64,000 nucleotides of DNA, from contig CALXSC010000110.1 in the NCBI GenBank assembly GCA_944391025.1, positions 74,627 through 138,626 on the forward strand. The letters are read 5' to 3'. A program made the position numbers and the translations under genes. Shown piece by piece: positions 40,207-48,440 of the stretch; the stretch's first letter is position 1, and every line of letters begins with the position of its first letter. The notes beneath the pieces were generated by a model that worked only from the letters and a program-made list of their open reading frames with translations, did no database searches and had not been told where the DNA came from. Origin of the DNA: an uncultured Rickettsiales bacterium. Its GTDB lineage: Bacteria; Pseudomonadota; Alphaproteobacteria; Rickettsiales; UBA1997.

Positions 40207-41229
40207 TTATTGTGTCTATTGCTGAACTGGACTTGCAATAGACTATGAAACTGCAGTTACTGACTATAATCTTGGGTCAGCATTATTTTCCATTACTAAC
40301 CGCACCAGTTCATTGATAATCTCTTGACATGCATAATCTGGAAATTCTATAATCTAAGATGTATCTTCGGTTAAATTAAGCTATTCTTGTGTAAGTATTA
40401 CAGTCTATGGTGTTTTTAAATAATCAATAAATACTTTTTTTAATGTAAACGAAGGATCATTACCGCATCTAATTTCCATACGAACATTGGACGGATTTCC
40501 ATATCTCATTCCAATTTCTTTATTTACAGTACTAATAGTATCAATTCCATCACTAGTTATAGGATGTCCTAATTTGATAGTCCTTTTAAAATTAGATTTC
40601 TTTTTATTTTTGGTATCATCAACTCCGCCTCCTAATCCAGTTGGAGATTCTGAAGGAACTACTCCATATAATTTGGATATATCAGTTCCTTTCTATAAAC
40701 CTGTACTTTCTACAATATCTTCTCCTACAGGATTTGTAGGTAAAGTAGTATTCTAGTTTACATTATGTATATAATAATAAGGTTTCTAAGGTTTCGGTCG
40801 ATTATAGTAATCATTGAGAATCATGGGCCAAGCATCCGCTGTAATTTTAATCGCGGGATACTGCACTGTGTCTCCTTTTTTGTAACATTTATAATTCTTA
40901 TTAACCTCATATACGCATATACAATTTAATAAATGAAGGTAATCAGCAGGTAATGATACCTCATAGAATCCTTCAAATATATCTCCTATATTTAAATCTT
41001 TATAAGGAGAAGATTCAGTAACTTTAACTGCATCTAAAAAAGCTGTAGTTTTAAGTACTCTTAAATCATCAGTAGTCTATTGATTTACATCATAAATACT
41101 ATACCTTCTGTTAATGTACTAATTAAGAGCTTTATTAAAGAAATAATTAAAGTCCTAAAGCAACATGCTAGGTGCTTTTACTTTACTCAATTCTGTTAAC
41201 AGCCCCTCATAGCACTAGCGAATTGTCAT
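40207..41229 (-). CDS. head-completion/adaptor-type structural protein (340 aa)
   Basis: ATG 41227-41229, TAA 40207-40209 (35 nt before the next ATG). Product is MTIRQCYEGLLTELSKVKAPSMLLQDFNYFFNKALNQYINRRY...ENNADPRLQSV.... Function is inferred from position only. Confidence 0.5.
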
Positions 41230-41244
41230 TTATATTAAATTTAA

Positions 41245-42108
41245 TTATTCTGTTGTGGTGTAATATTCAGGATATGTATCTCGTTTAATCAGTTCTACTA
41301 CTTTCTGATTTTTTGGATCTTTCATCCATGCAAGGACTGCATCATCAGTAGCTCCTAAAACAATATTATCCCCATATAAATACACCTTATTCTTAATATA
41401 GATAACTTTCTTTTCTTTAGCGTCAATGAATAATAGACGTAAGGAAATATCATTACCTGTATAAAGGTCTATAATTTTCTGAGGTTCTTTCTCAGCTATT
41501 CTAGTTAAATAATCAATAACATCTGCAATAGGTTGATTTCTCATATCTTTGCCCAAGATTCTAGCCATATTCAATTGCCCGTCTGCTCCACGTGGATCAT
41601 CATAAATAAAGGATTCAGCCTTATGAATAAGTTGTTTCTTAGATACTCTTCTTTGTGTATCCAAACCAGGTTTATCCACATATAATTCTGCAACTCCATT
41701 TCGAGTAGGATGTTGTGGAGTAGATATAGGACCATCAATAATAAGATTACCACTAGCATCACGGGCATCTCTACTTTTAGCAATTAAAGGACAGTTCTGA
41801 ATAGCTTCCCATTCAGCCCTTTCCCACAAATCATCAAGATGATATGTCTTTCCACTCTATATTTCAAAAATATGATTTTCAGGAAAGAAAGCGGCAGTTC
41901 CTTCAGAAAATGCGTTTCTTTCAGCTTCACTCATAATCATATCTCCAGATGAATTAACTTTCTTTATACAGCTAGGAAGTTTACCATACTTGTCTTTACA
42001 AGGCTGTATATAATACTTAATGTTTGATTTATCATATACACTTTTTAAAATAATAATATTGTCATCAAATACAATATCAGTTTTAGTTACTTTCTTTTTA
42101 TTATCCAT
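41245..42108 (-). CDS. hypothetical capsid-module protein (287 aa)
   Basis: Track ORFs 41857..42108 and 41245..41829 share a frame and are joined by one TAG. TAA is at 41245-41247. It is the first gene after the capsid-gene terminator. Confidence 0.6.
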
Positions 42109-42126
42109 ATTATTTCATATAACACT

Positions 42127-42166
42127 AAAAAAAATTGTGGAGGGAGGGTTTTACGGCTCCCTCCAC
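42127..42166 (-). terminator. rho-independent terminator after the capsid gene
   Basis: Minus strand reads GTGGAGGGAG-ccgtaaaacc-CTCCCTCCAC followed by AATTTTTTTT, 25 nt after the TAA at 42192. Confidence 0.75.
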
Positions 42167-42191
42167 GTTATCTATATTATTCTTAATTATT

Positions 42192-42321
42192 TTAAGCTTC
42201 TCTTAAAATAGCTGATCTATGAGGAGTGAAAACGGCCACCCCTGAATATTGCATCATTACTAATTTGCTGCCAGCAACGTTGCTAGCGACTTCACCTGAC
42301 GTTTTACCGTCATAACCACCT
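42192..42321 (-). CDS. MCP exon 9 (43 codons, GGYDGKTSGEVASNVAGSKLVMMQYSGVAVFTPHRSAILREA*)
   Basis: Starts after ...GAUAUAGUCUAAAUUUG| (omega G at 42322). TAA at 42192-42194 is anchored by plus ORF 42020..42211. A terminator follows. Confidence 0.6.
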
Positions 42322-45300
42322 CAAATTTAGACTATATCTTTAACTTATTCTAAGTATTTAAATGTATAATTATGACAATGCTTAGCTTGTCCTCTTAATA
42401 CTTTAGAAACATTGGGAAATTCTTTTCTACATTCCCTTAAAGTATTAAAAACTTTTACTAATTGTCCATCCATTGTATATTGTCCTATTTTTCTTCTTTT
42501 ATTTACAGTTTGTTCTTTATCCATCTGTTTTATAAAAGATAAATTATATGTATTTATCTATTCAGTAAATTGATTAATAATAAAATTCTAAAAATTAATT
42601 GCCCTTTCGTAAGTATCATATATAGCTAAAGTAAATCTTCTAAACGCACTATATCCATACTTTTTAATATCTTTATGAAAAGGAATTTTGGGATGCTTTA
42701 ATTCTGGGTTACTCTAAAAAATATTAATAGAGTTTCCAATATATCCATCAAATACTGTAGGATCTTCTGTTTCGTGAACTCCTACATAAATTTTATTATT
42801 TATTAAATTAGTAGTTAAATATACAATATATTTCATAATTTATACTTTTATTAAGTTATTTACCATTTCCACTATAAAATAGTGTACCTCTATCCAGAGT
42901 AGTCGTTGAACTTTACTGTGAGCTGATTTATAATCTTGCCTATTCACAGTCTTAGCTGCTGATTGTTCTAAAAAGAAGTTCCCAGCAATTAGATAAATTT
43001 ATTATTCAAAAGAGTCACCTCTTAAGCGGCGCAAGTGGTGTAGTTTACGCCTACTATCTTATTGGTAATAATATCCTTACCAGCCAGCATGAATTTACCA
43101 ATGGCAGGCATTCCTGAAGTCTTATCGGCGGTAAGGTCGATGCATACGCCATAGCCTTTATCGGGATATTCTCTAGTTAAAGCACGGTCTACTACGAAAG
43201 ACAATTGATTACCAGCGTAAACATAGGTATCAAACGTAGCTCCTACTTTAATATATCCACCTTGTCCTTTATTAGCAGACTTAGAATACATATAAGTACC
43301 CATTGTCTTATAATTAGCAAGATATTCACCAAGGACTGTGTTAATATCCTACCATAACTTACGGTTTAAAACAAATACCCCAATTGTGTTATTCTAAAGA
43401 TTGGGAATCTTTAACTCTTATATTTTCATATAAGTTCAGACTATATCTTTATCCCGAAGGACATCTCCCATTTCCATCTAAAAAAAAAGATGTATGCCAT
43501 TTCTGGACTTACTAGTCGTTGAGCCTTACCTAAAAATTAGGTCTTGGTTGCTGATCATCCTCGACTTTACGTTAGGATTTTCCAGCAGTTAGAGAGATTT
43601 ATTTTTGCAGCTCTTTCAAGCTACCCAAGCTAGGTTTGTTAACTTGTTACCCTGATCTTCTTGTGCTTTGTCAGCCATTGCGTTCATAATTATATTAAAC
43701 AGCTGCAGATTAGGTTTACCAGCGTAAACAAACTTGTCTGCAAACTCTTCAATTTGAGGAATGGCTCCTTGTCCTATATATCATAACGTTTTATCCATTA
43801 TTGCTAATGGTATCGGACTATATCTTCAACTTAATCTCTTTATTAAGTTGCCTCCCTTTTCCACTTATAAAAGTGTACTCTCTTTCGAGATAGTCTCTGA
43901 ACTTTACCCTAAATGGGTCTTAGCTGCTGATTGTCCCAGTAGGATTTCCAGCAATTAAAGAGGATTATTATTGTAATTATCACTAATTACCCCTACATAT
44001 ACTTTAGGACTTAAGTATTTTATAGGCCTAGCAGTATCAGGATCTACGATTGTTGCTTTCAATTATGTTACCCTAATAGCTCTTTATCTATTAGTTCTAT
44101 TACTTTACCATCGTAATAGTTCAGACTATATCTTCATCCTATAAAGGATGCTTTGCACTCGTGGAGCTTATAAAGCTCTAGTCGTTGAACCTTCCTTAAT
44201 AAGGCTTGGCTGCTGATTATCCTAATATTATTGGAGGATTTCCAGCAATTCACAAAGTTTTCAATAATAAATTACTTTATTATGCGGCAAAACGCTTACC
44301 GTTGACATCCACATTGCCTTTGTTGAGTAATACATTACTATTAACTTTATATTTCTATAAAGATTAGACTATATCTTTACTTTATATCCTATTATCGTTT
44401 ATAAAGTACCTCCCTTTTCCACAATTGTGTACTCTACTTGTTTATTCGTATAAGTATTTCTCTTATACTATACGTTCGATAGTCGTTGAACGTTTCTCCT
44501 TGGAGACTTCGCTGCTAGTTATCTTAATAAGATTTTCCAGCAATTAAAGAGGTTTATACAGAGCTATTACTTAAGCAGTTTTAACCCTGTGTTGGTAGCG
44601 TACATAAAGGTTTCAAGAAGCTCTTTTTCCTTTTTAAGCATTTTATATACACCTTCACCCTTGGCTATATTCTTATCGTCGGCAATCTTCATGAATACGT
44701 CTTCCTAGAGAGCGTATAAGCTAGACCAGCTAGCGTCTGCTCTAAACGTAGTCATAAAATTTCTGTGAAGCTCTACTTGCGACTAGAACTTGCTATAGCC
44801 CTCCTCCGTTGGGCCTAATATTTCTACTAGAACTGACTATATCATTAACTTTTTAATCTAAATACTTATACACGTAACCTTTTTGGGTTTTATTTGTACC
44901 ATTAAGTACTTTCCATACTGAAGTGCCATTCTCCTTTTCAGCAGCTGTAGCAGAATCATAAATTTGGACTAAGTTACCTTCTAAGTCATATTTGCCTACC
45001 TTTCTTTTTGTTTTTGGCTTTTTGGCAGCATACTTAGGTAATTCTTCTAAGCTCCATAAAAATCCACCTTTACATTTTTCTTTTTGTTTTAAAGCTCTTG
45101 ATATATTAGAGGTAGGATTATCTTGTTCTGCTTCTAATTGTGAATTATATTTCTTAATAAATTCACCAGTCTCTCCATCGTATTTACATACCATTCTTCC
45201 TTCTACATATCTTAGTCTAGCTTTAGAATAATTTTCATCTTTAACTTCACAAAAATAATATTTATTTTTATAAGAGATTCCAAATATTCTACAATTCTTA

Positions 45301-48300
45301 AGACAAGATGAAGAAATATTTAAATTTTTAGAAGCTTGTACTTGATTAGGAAATTCATATAAAAGATTACCTTCTATAGAATAAACAAATAAAGGAATTT
45401 GATGATTTTCTCCTAAATTATAAGTGGAAATATCAAGTTTATCTACTTTAGTATTTGTCCATAGAAAACCTTTCCCTTTAATTTTTAAAGTAATAGCGTG
45501 TCCTATTAAAGAGTCATCACATCCCATTTCTATAGAAGCAGCTCTAATACTCTCATATTCTCTTATATAATTTCCTTCTAAATCATATTGATAACACGGA
45601 ACAATTATATAGAAATTATCATCAACTCCTCCAAGAATCATATTGTACACATCATCCCTTGCAAGAAACTTTTCATTTACTAATTCTCTCTCTAAATTAG
45701 AAGCTTCTTCTAATGTATCAAATACTGCTAATGTTTTCCTTCTAAAATTCTTAGGACCATACTTTTTTACTGCAAATTGAAAATGTGTTTTAGGATGATT
45801 ATATGTGTTAGGTTGAGTTGCTAGTACTCCACATCCTATATATCCATCAAATATATCAGGATTTACTGTTTTATGAACTCCAATATAAATTTTATTATTC
45901 ACCAAATTGGTTGTTTCGTATACTATATATTTCATATTATTTAAAATTTTAAAGTTATTTACTATTTCCATTATCTAATAATGTACGTCTTGCGACTAGT
46001 CGATGAACTCCTATAAAGTACCGTCTAAATTAGACTAGTTACTAAATAAAAGCTGCTGATTACCATATATTTCTACTTAGGCTTCCAGCAATTAAGTAAA
46101 TTTTTTCTTAATAAATCACTTTATTAAGGTCCGAATTATTTCAGACAATTCAGGTACGGCTACAGATTGGAATGTCGTTAACATGCCAGCCTAGCACCCA
46201 TCTACATCGAGTGTAGTGTCAAAATCGTTATCGATTAAGCGAACTTGCACTTCCCAGAAATTCATTTATAGACTATATCATTTACTATATTTAAATATAT
46301 AATTATCAAAGTATCTATCTCCTTGTTGAATATGTTTTAACTTAGAAGAAGGAACATTATATTTTTCTCTTACTTCTTTTAAAGATTTTAAAGTTTCAAT
46401 GTAATTACCAAATTTGTCATATATTTCTACACAAATTCCATTTCCTTTTCTTTTTACAGGAATTTTATCTATTTTTTCTAAAGATATATAAAAATCCTTA
46501 TACCAATTTCTATTATGTGTAAAAATGTGTCCTATATAATCCCAGGAATGTAATCCTATAACATTCATTAATTGTTTACCTTTATACTCTCCTATAAAAT
46601 TATTATTAACATCATAAACATAGAACATTTTATCTATATAATTTTTTCTAGAACTAGGTTTAAATTCATCAACTACAGTATTAGAAACATAATATTGTTT
46701 TTTTATAAGAGTTTGGTATTTTATAGCTCTACTAAGTTCTCCTCTATCGTATTTAATATAATTTGCACATTCAGTTTGTGAAGAAAACTCCATAAGCATC
46801 TTTCCGTCTTTGTTATAGAGATATGTTATAGAGGTAATAGGTTTATTAGAGTATTCACTAATATCCATAATAGGACTAGTTGACCAAAATGAATCTAAAA
46901 AAACACATTTATTTTTTTTAGGACTACTCCATCTAGAAATAGGGTACCCATAAAATTCACTGGCATCTATAGATTTTTCCCAAATCTTTACTAATTTTCC
47001 AGTTAAATCATATTGATATAATGGTTTAAATCTTTCCTCATATGCACCTCCTAAAGCAACATTATATACATGTGATTGTTTAATGAAATCTTCGGTTACT
47101 ATTTCATGTTCTTTGTTATAAGCATCTTTCCAATTATCATATACATACAAAATTTGTCTTTTAAAAGCGTCTACTCCATATTTTTTTACTGCATATTGAA
47201 AAGGAGTTTTAGGATATTTATATGTGCTTGGTTGATTTGTATTTATTCCGCATCCTATATACCACGGATCCATTGTTATTTCATTTTTTATTCCATGTAC
47301 TCCTACATAGATTCTATTTAAACCATTAATTTGAGATTTAATATTTGTTGTTAAGTAAACTATATATTTCATAAGTAATTCAGTTTTTCAATTATTAAAA
47401 ATAATAATTTATGGATCTCTCCTAGTCGTTGAACTCTCTTGTCGTTACAAGCAAGCTGCTGATTGTTCTATTATAAGAAGTTCCCAGCAATTTAAAGAAT
47501 TTATTTTCATAATAAATATTTTATTTATTAACAGCGGGACAATTACTGGTTATCCCGCTTACGAATGGGTCTGCTAACCACTTGACATTGCTGTTTCGTT
47601 GCGTCAATTCTGAAAATATCATACTTTTGATAGTAATTTTCAGTAAACGCCATAGTGATTTCCGAACCATTATCACCTGTGTCGGTAGGCTATTCGGCAA
47701 ATGCAATCTTTTTAATATTATTGGTTTCCACTTGCCATTCAAATACCATTGAAGATGACGAAACGTCAAAGTTACTGGGTTTTTCGTCTTTATAAAAGAC
47801 GTTTCTCAAACCATCCGTAATAAAATTCAAGGTATTTTGTGTGTACATACGGGCTACAACACCCAAACGATAGGGTTTAGCACCAAGGTACTTACTCCAG
47901 TCTTCGTAGGTCTTCGTGTCCAAAAGTGTTAACTTATAGGCTCTTTATCCTATAATTCATACAATTTACCATCTTGTATGATCAGACTATATTATTGCTA
48001 TCCTGCGCTCGTGTCTGGATTATATTCTAATAAAGTTCTTTTAACTATAGGATTAGGATCTATACCTGCATATATCTATGCTTCTTTTAAAGAACTAAAT
48101 ACAGCATCACAAGATATTGTAATACCTCCAGATAGAATAACTGCTGTACAAGTATACCATTTACAAGGTATCAATCCGAAAAATATTCTATTAGATTCTA
48201 CTCTATACTGAATAGTTCCATCTTTTAATTCTTCTTTTATAATCCTTTTCATATTAGTTTCACCAGGTAGTCGTTGAACTTTTTAAAGTTGTTAACCTTT

Positions 48301-48423
48301 AACTTAGCTGCTGATTACCCCATAAGTATATGTAATGGAGGGTTTCCAGCAATTCACAGGATTTTTTATGGGCAACACTTTACCCATATTAGGAATCTTA
48401 CTTGTAAAACTTGCAACTAACAT
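42192..48423 (-). CDS. major capsid protein gene, nine exons interrupted by eight group I introns (spliced CDS 1,494 nt, 497 aa)
   Basis: Exons are 48423-48382, 47932-47552, 46262-46143, 44806-44584, 44344-44298, 44059-43989, 43772-43627, 43380-43047 and 42321-42192. They join in frame, which I verified by counting. The gene lies directly after a scaffold-like gene and is followed by a terminator. Length and the C-terminal ...REYPDKGYGVCIDLTADKTSG... are plausible for an MCP. The MCP call itself is positional. Confidence 0.7.
42322..43046 (-). mobile_element. group I intron 8 (725 nt) carrying a short GIY-YIG ORF
   Basis: P1 GGCGU|AA...UUGCGCC, P TAATTGCTGGGAAC, Q CAATCAGCAGCT, R AGTTCAACGACTAC (+ tagtcgttgaac ~42900), ORF 42836-42345, S AAAGATATAGTCTA (+ gac at 42330), omega G at 42322. 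Confidence 0.8.
42345..42836 (-). CDS. short GIY-YIG homing-endonuclease-like ORF (163 aa) in intron 8, with three in-frame TAG
   Basis: Product is MKYIVYLTTNLINNKIYVGVHETEDP...KYGYSAFRRFTL... plus one YTMDGQLVKVFNTLRECRKEF...GQAKHCHNYTFKY DNA-binding-type module. TAA at 42345-42347 lies 9 nt before the S element. Confidence 0.6.
43047..43380 (-). CDS. MCP exon 8 (~111 codons)
   Basis: Starts after ...AACACAAUUG| (omega G at 43381). It includes track ORF 43022..43303 down to ...NKIVG, and ends GGCGU| in the P1 helix GGCGU|AA-ACUACACCAC-UUGCGCC. The track tail VNYTTCAA* is intronic read-through. Confidence 0.65.
43381..43626 (-). mobile_element. group I intron 7 (246 nt, ORF-less)
   Basis: P variant TAACTGCTGGAAAATCC, Q GATGATCAGCAACC, R GGCTCAACGACTAG (~43513), S AAAGATATAGTCTG (+ gac at 43439), 3' hairpins CTTATAT-GAAA-ATATAAG and AAAGATT-CCCA-ATCTTT. 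Confidence 0.7.
43627..43772 (-). CDS. MCP exon 7 (~48 codons, QGAIPQIEEFADKFVYAGKPNLQLFNIIMNAMADKAQEDQGNKLTNLA)
   Basis: Ends AGCUU| paired with GAGCU (U.G). The acceptor could be at 43772 or 43781; both keep the frame. Confidence 0.45.
43773..43988 (-). mobile_element. group I intron 6 (~216 nt, ORF-less; both ends +/-15 nt)
   Basis: P TAATTGCTGGAAATCC, Q CAATCAGCAGCT, R variant AGTTCAGAGACTAT (+ tagtctctgaac ~43891), S GAAGATATAGTCCG (+ gac at 43816), 3' hairpin CCATTA-GCAA-TAATGG. Confidence 0.65.
43989..44059 (-). CDS. MCP exon 6 (71-nt micro-exon, KATIVDPDTARPIKYLSPKVYVG; 3' boundary uncertain)
   Basis: Starts after ...AACAUAAUUG| (omega G at 44060). The 5' splice site of intron 6 was placed after GGGGU by analogy and phase. 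I could not find a convincing U.G P1 pair for it. Confidence 0.4.
44060..44297 (-). mobile_element. group I intron 5 (238 nt, ORF-less)
   Basis: P GAATTGCTGGAAATCC, Q TAATCAGCAGCC, R GGTTCAACGACTAG (~44179), S GAAGATATAGTCTG (+ gac at 44124). The 3' hairpin CTATTAC-GATGGTAAA-GTAATAG has the same loop as intron 1. Confidence 0.75.
44298..44344 (-). CDS. MCP exon 5 (47-nt micro-exon, ..NSNVLLNKGNVDVNG)
   Basis: Flanked by complete intron cores. It ends CGGU| in the P1 helix CGGU|AAGCGUUUU-GCCG. The phase is consistent with exon 4 (+1) and exon 6 (0). Confidence 0.5.
44345..44583 (-). mobile_element. group I intron 4 (239 nt, ORF-less)
   Basis: P TAATTGCTGGAAAATC, Q variant TAACTAGCAGCG, R CGTTCAACGACTAT (+ tagtcgttgaac ~44480), S AAAGATATAGTCTA (+ gac at 44367). 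I counted the length base by base between exons 4 and 5. Confidence 0.75.
44584..44806 (-). CDS. MCP exon 4 (~74 codons; 5' boundary uncertain, 44770-44826)
   Basis: Open frame EEGYSKFQSQVELHRNFMTTFRADASW...ETFMYATNTG. The 3' end is CAGGGU| in the P1 helix CAGGGUU...AGCUCUG. Several G-preceded in-frame acceptor positions are possible. Confidence 0.45.
44807..46142 (-). mobile_element. group I intron 3 (~1,336 nt; 3' end uncertain) carrying a GIY-YIG homing endonuclease ORF
   Basis: P1 GUCU|GAA...UUCGGAC, P2 CTTAATAAA-GTGA-TTTATTAAG, P TAATTGCTGGAAGCC, Q TAATCAGCAGCT, R variant GTTCATCGACTAG (~46008), ORF 45971-44853, S AATGATATAGTCAG (+ gac at 44835). Confidence 0.7.
44853..45971 (-). CDS. 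GIY-YIG homing endonuclease (I-TevI/Seg-like) in intron 3, TAG-free
   Basis: This is the 372-aa track ORF. The conserved start is probably the Met at 45935 (MKYIVYETTNLVNNKIYIGVHKT). It has four repeats of the YDLEGN.I..Y.S...A......S.I......K..GF.W type (NUMOD/IENR-like). The stop is TAA. Confidence 0.8.
   Translation of the reverse strand: MEIVNNFKILNNMKYIVYETTNLVNNKIYIGVHKTVNPDIFDGYIGCGVLATQPNTYNHPKTHFQFAVKKYGPKNFRRKTLAVFDTLEEASNLERELVNEKFLARDDVYNMILGGVDDNFYIIVPCYQYDLEGNYIREYESIRAASIEMGCDDSLIGHAITLKIKGKGFLWTNTKVDKLDISTYNLGENHQIPLFVYSIEGNLLYEFPNQVQASKNLNISSSCLKNCRIFGISYKNKYYFCEVKDENYSKARLRYVEGRMVCKYDGETGEFIKKYNSQLEAEQDNPTSNISRALKQKEKCKGGFLWSLEELPKYAAKKPKTKRKVGKYDLEGNLVQIYDSATAAEKENGTSVWKVLNGTNKTQKGYVYKYLD
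46143..46262 (-). CDS. MCP exon 3 (40 codons, NFWEVQVRLIDNDF...VAVPELS)
   Basis: Starts after ...GAUAUAGUCUAUAAAUG| (omega G at 46263). It ends GUCU| in the P1 helix GUCU|GAA-AUAA-UUCGGAC. It contains one in-frame TAG. Confidence 0.6.
46263..47551 (-). mobile_element. group I intron 2 (1,289 nt) carrying a GIY-YIG homing endonuclease ORF
   Basis: P AAATTGCTGGGAAC, Q CAATCAGCAGCT, R AGTTCAACGACTAG (+ tagtcgttgaac ~47424), ORF 47372-46278 in the R-S interval, S AATGATATAGTCTA (+ gac at 46271). The P1 has 10 bp with a U.G pair. Confidence 0.8.
46278..47372 (-). CDS. GIY-YIG homing endonuclease in intron 2, TAG-free
   Basis: This is the 364-aa track ORF: MKYIVYLTTNIKSQINGLNRIYVGVHG..., KYGVDAFKRQIL, and repeated YDLTGKLVKIWEKSIDASEFYG-type modules. 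TGA at 46278-46280 abuts the S element. Confidence 0.8.
   Translation of the reverse strand: MKYIVYLTTNIKSQINGLNRIYVGVHGIKNEITMDPWYIGCGINTNQPSTYKYPKTPFQYAVKKYGVDAFKRQILYVYDNWKDAYNKEHEIVTEDFIKQSHVYNVALGGAYEERFKPLYQYDLTGKLVKIWEKSIDASEFYGYPISRWSSPKKNKCVFLDSFWSTSPIMDISEYSNKPITSITYLYNKDGKMLMEFSSQTECANYIKYDRGELSRAIKYQTLIKKQYYVSNTVVDEFKPSSRKNYIDKMFYVYDVNNNFIGEYKGKQLMNVIGLHSWDYIGHIFTHNRNWYKDFYISLEKIDKIPVKRKGNGICVEIYDKFGNYIETLKSLKEVREKYNVPSSKLKHIQQGDRYFDNYIFKYSK
47552..47932 (-). CDS. MCP exon 2 (127 codons)
   Basis: Begins after G 47933. Its first nucleotides AACACUU are complementary to the intron 1 guide AAGUGUU (P10). It covers track ORF 47690..47923 plus 46 codons beyond its TAG, and ends ...RPIRKRD at the U.G pair of the intron 2 P1. 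Confidence 0.65.
47933..48381 (-). mobile_element. group I intron 1 (449 nt) with a small non-GIY ORF
   Basis: On the minus strand: P GAATTGCTGGAAACC, Q TAATCAGCAGCT, R AGTTCAACGACTAC, an ORF, S AATAATATAGTCTG (+ gac at 47985). Two 3' hairpins follow (ATACAA-GATGGTAAA-TTGTAT and TTATAGG-ATAAAGA-GCCTATAA). Confidence 0.75.
47992..48252 (-). CDS. 86-aa ORF of unknown function in intron 1 (two in-frame TAG)
   Basis: ATG 48250-48252, TAA 47992-47994, overlapping the S element. Product is MKRIIKEELKDGTIQYRVESNRIFFGLIPCKWYTCTAVILSGG.... It occupies the same R-S position as the GIY-YIG ORFs but has no GIY-YIG motif. Confidence 0.35.
48382..48423 (-). CDS. MCP exon 1 (MLVASFTSKIPNMG; the start could be the second ATG at 48387)
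   Basis: ATG 48421-48423 lies 17 nt after the scaffold TAA. The exon ends ATGGGU, paired in the P1 helix ATGGGU|AA-AGUG-UUGCCCAU with a U.G at the splice site. Confidence 0.55.
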
Positions 48424-48440
48424 ATACTTATAAAAATTAA

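Noticed and set aside
43022-43046. C-terminal ...VNYTTCAA* of track ORF 43022..43303 taken as the end of the capsid protein
   Set aside because: The P1 helix GGCGU|AA...UUGCGCC places the 5' splice site at 43047. These codons are therefore read-through into intron 8. The real last exon (42321-42192) runs to a TAA just before the terminator.
43478-43492. Run of nine A on the plus strand (T on the minus strand) as a slippery or frameshift site
   Set aside because: It lies between the R and S elements of intron 7, in a peripheral loop, not in coding sequence.
47521-47769. Minus-strand track ORFs 47521..47769 and 41571..41783
   Set aside because: They are alternative-frame overlaps of MCP exon 2/intron 2 and of gene 41245..42108. 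Their products are low-complexity and they are out of phase with the conserved frame.
42880-48370. Eight ~100-nt repeats (tagtcgttgaac...gctgctgatt...ttccagcaatt), which could be mistaken for a CRISPR-like or REP/MITE array
   Set aside because: Spacing is irregular (0.25-1.3 kb). The repeat units are the P, Q and R elements of group I intron cores. Each is paired with a downstream S element (AAGATATAGTC) and flanked by in-frame exons.
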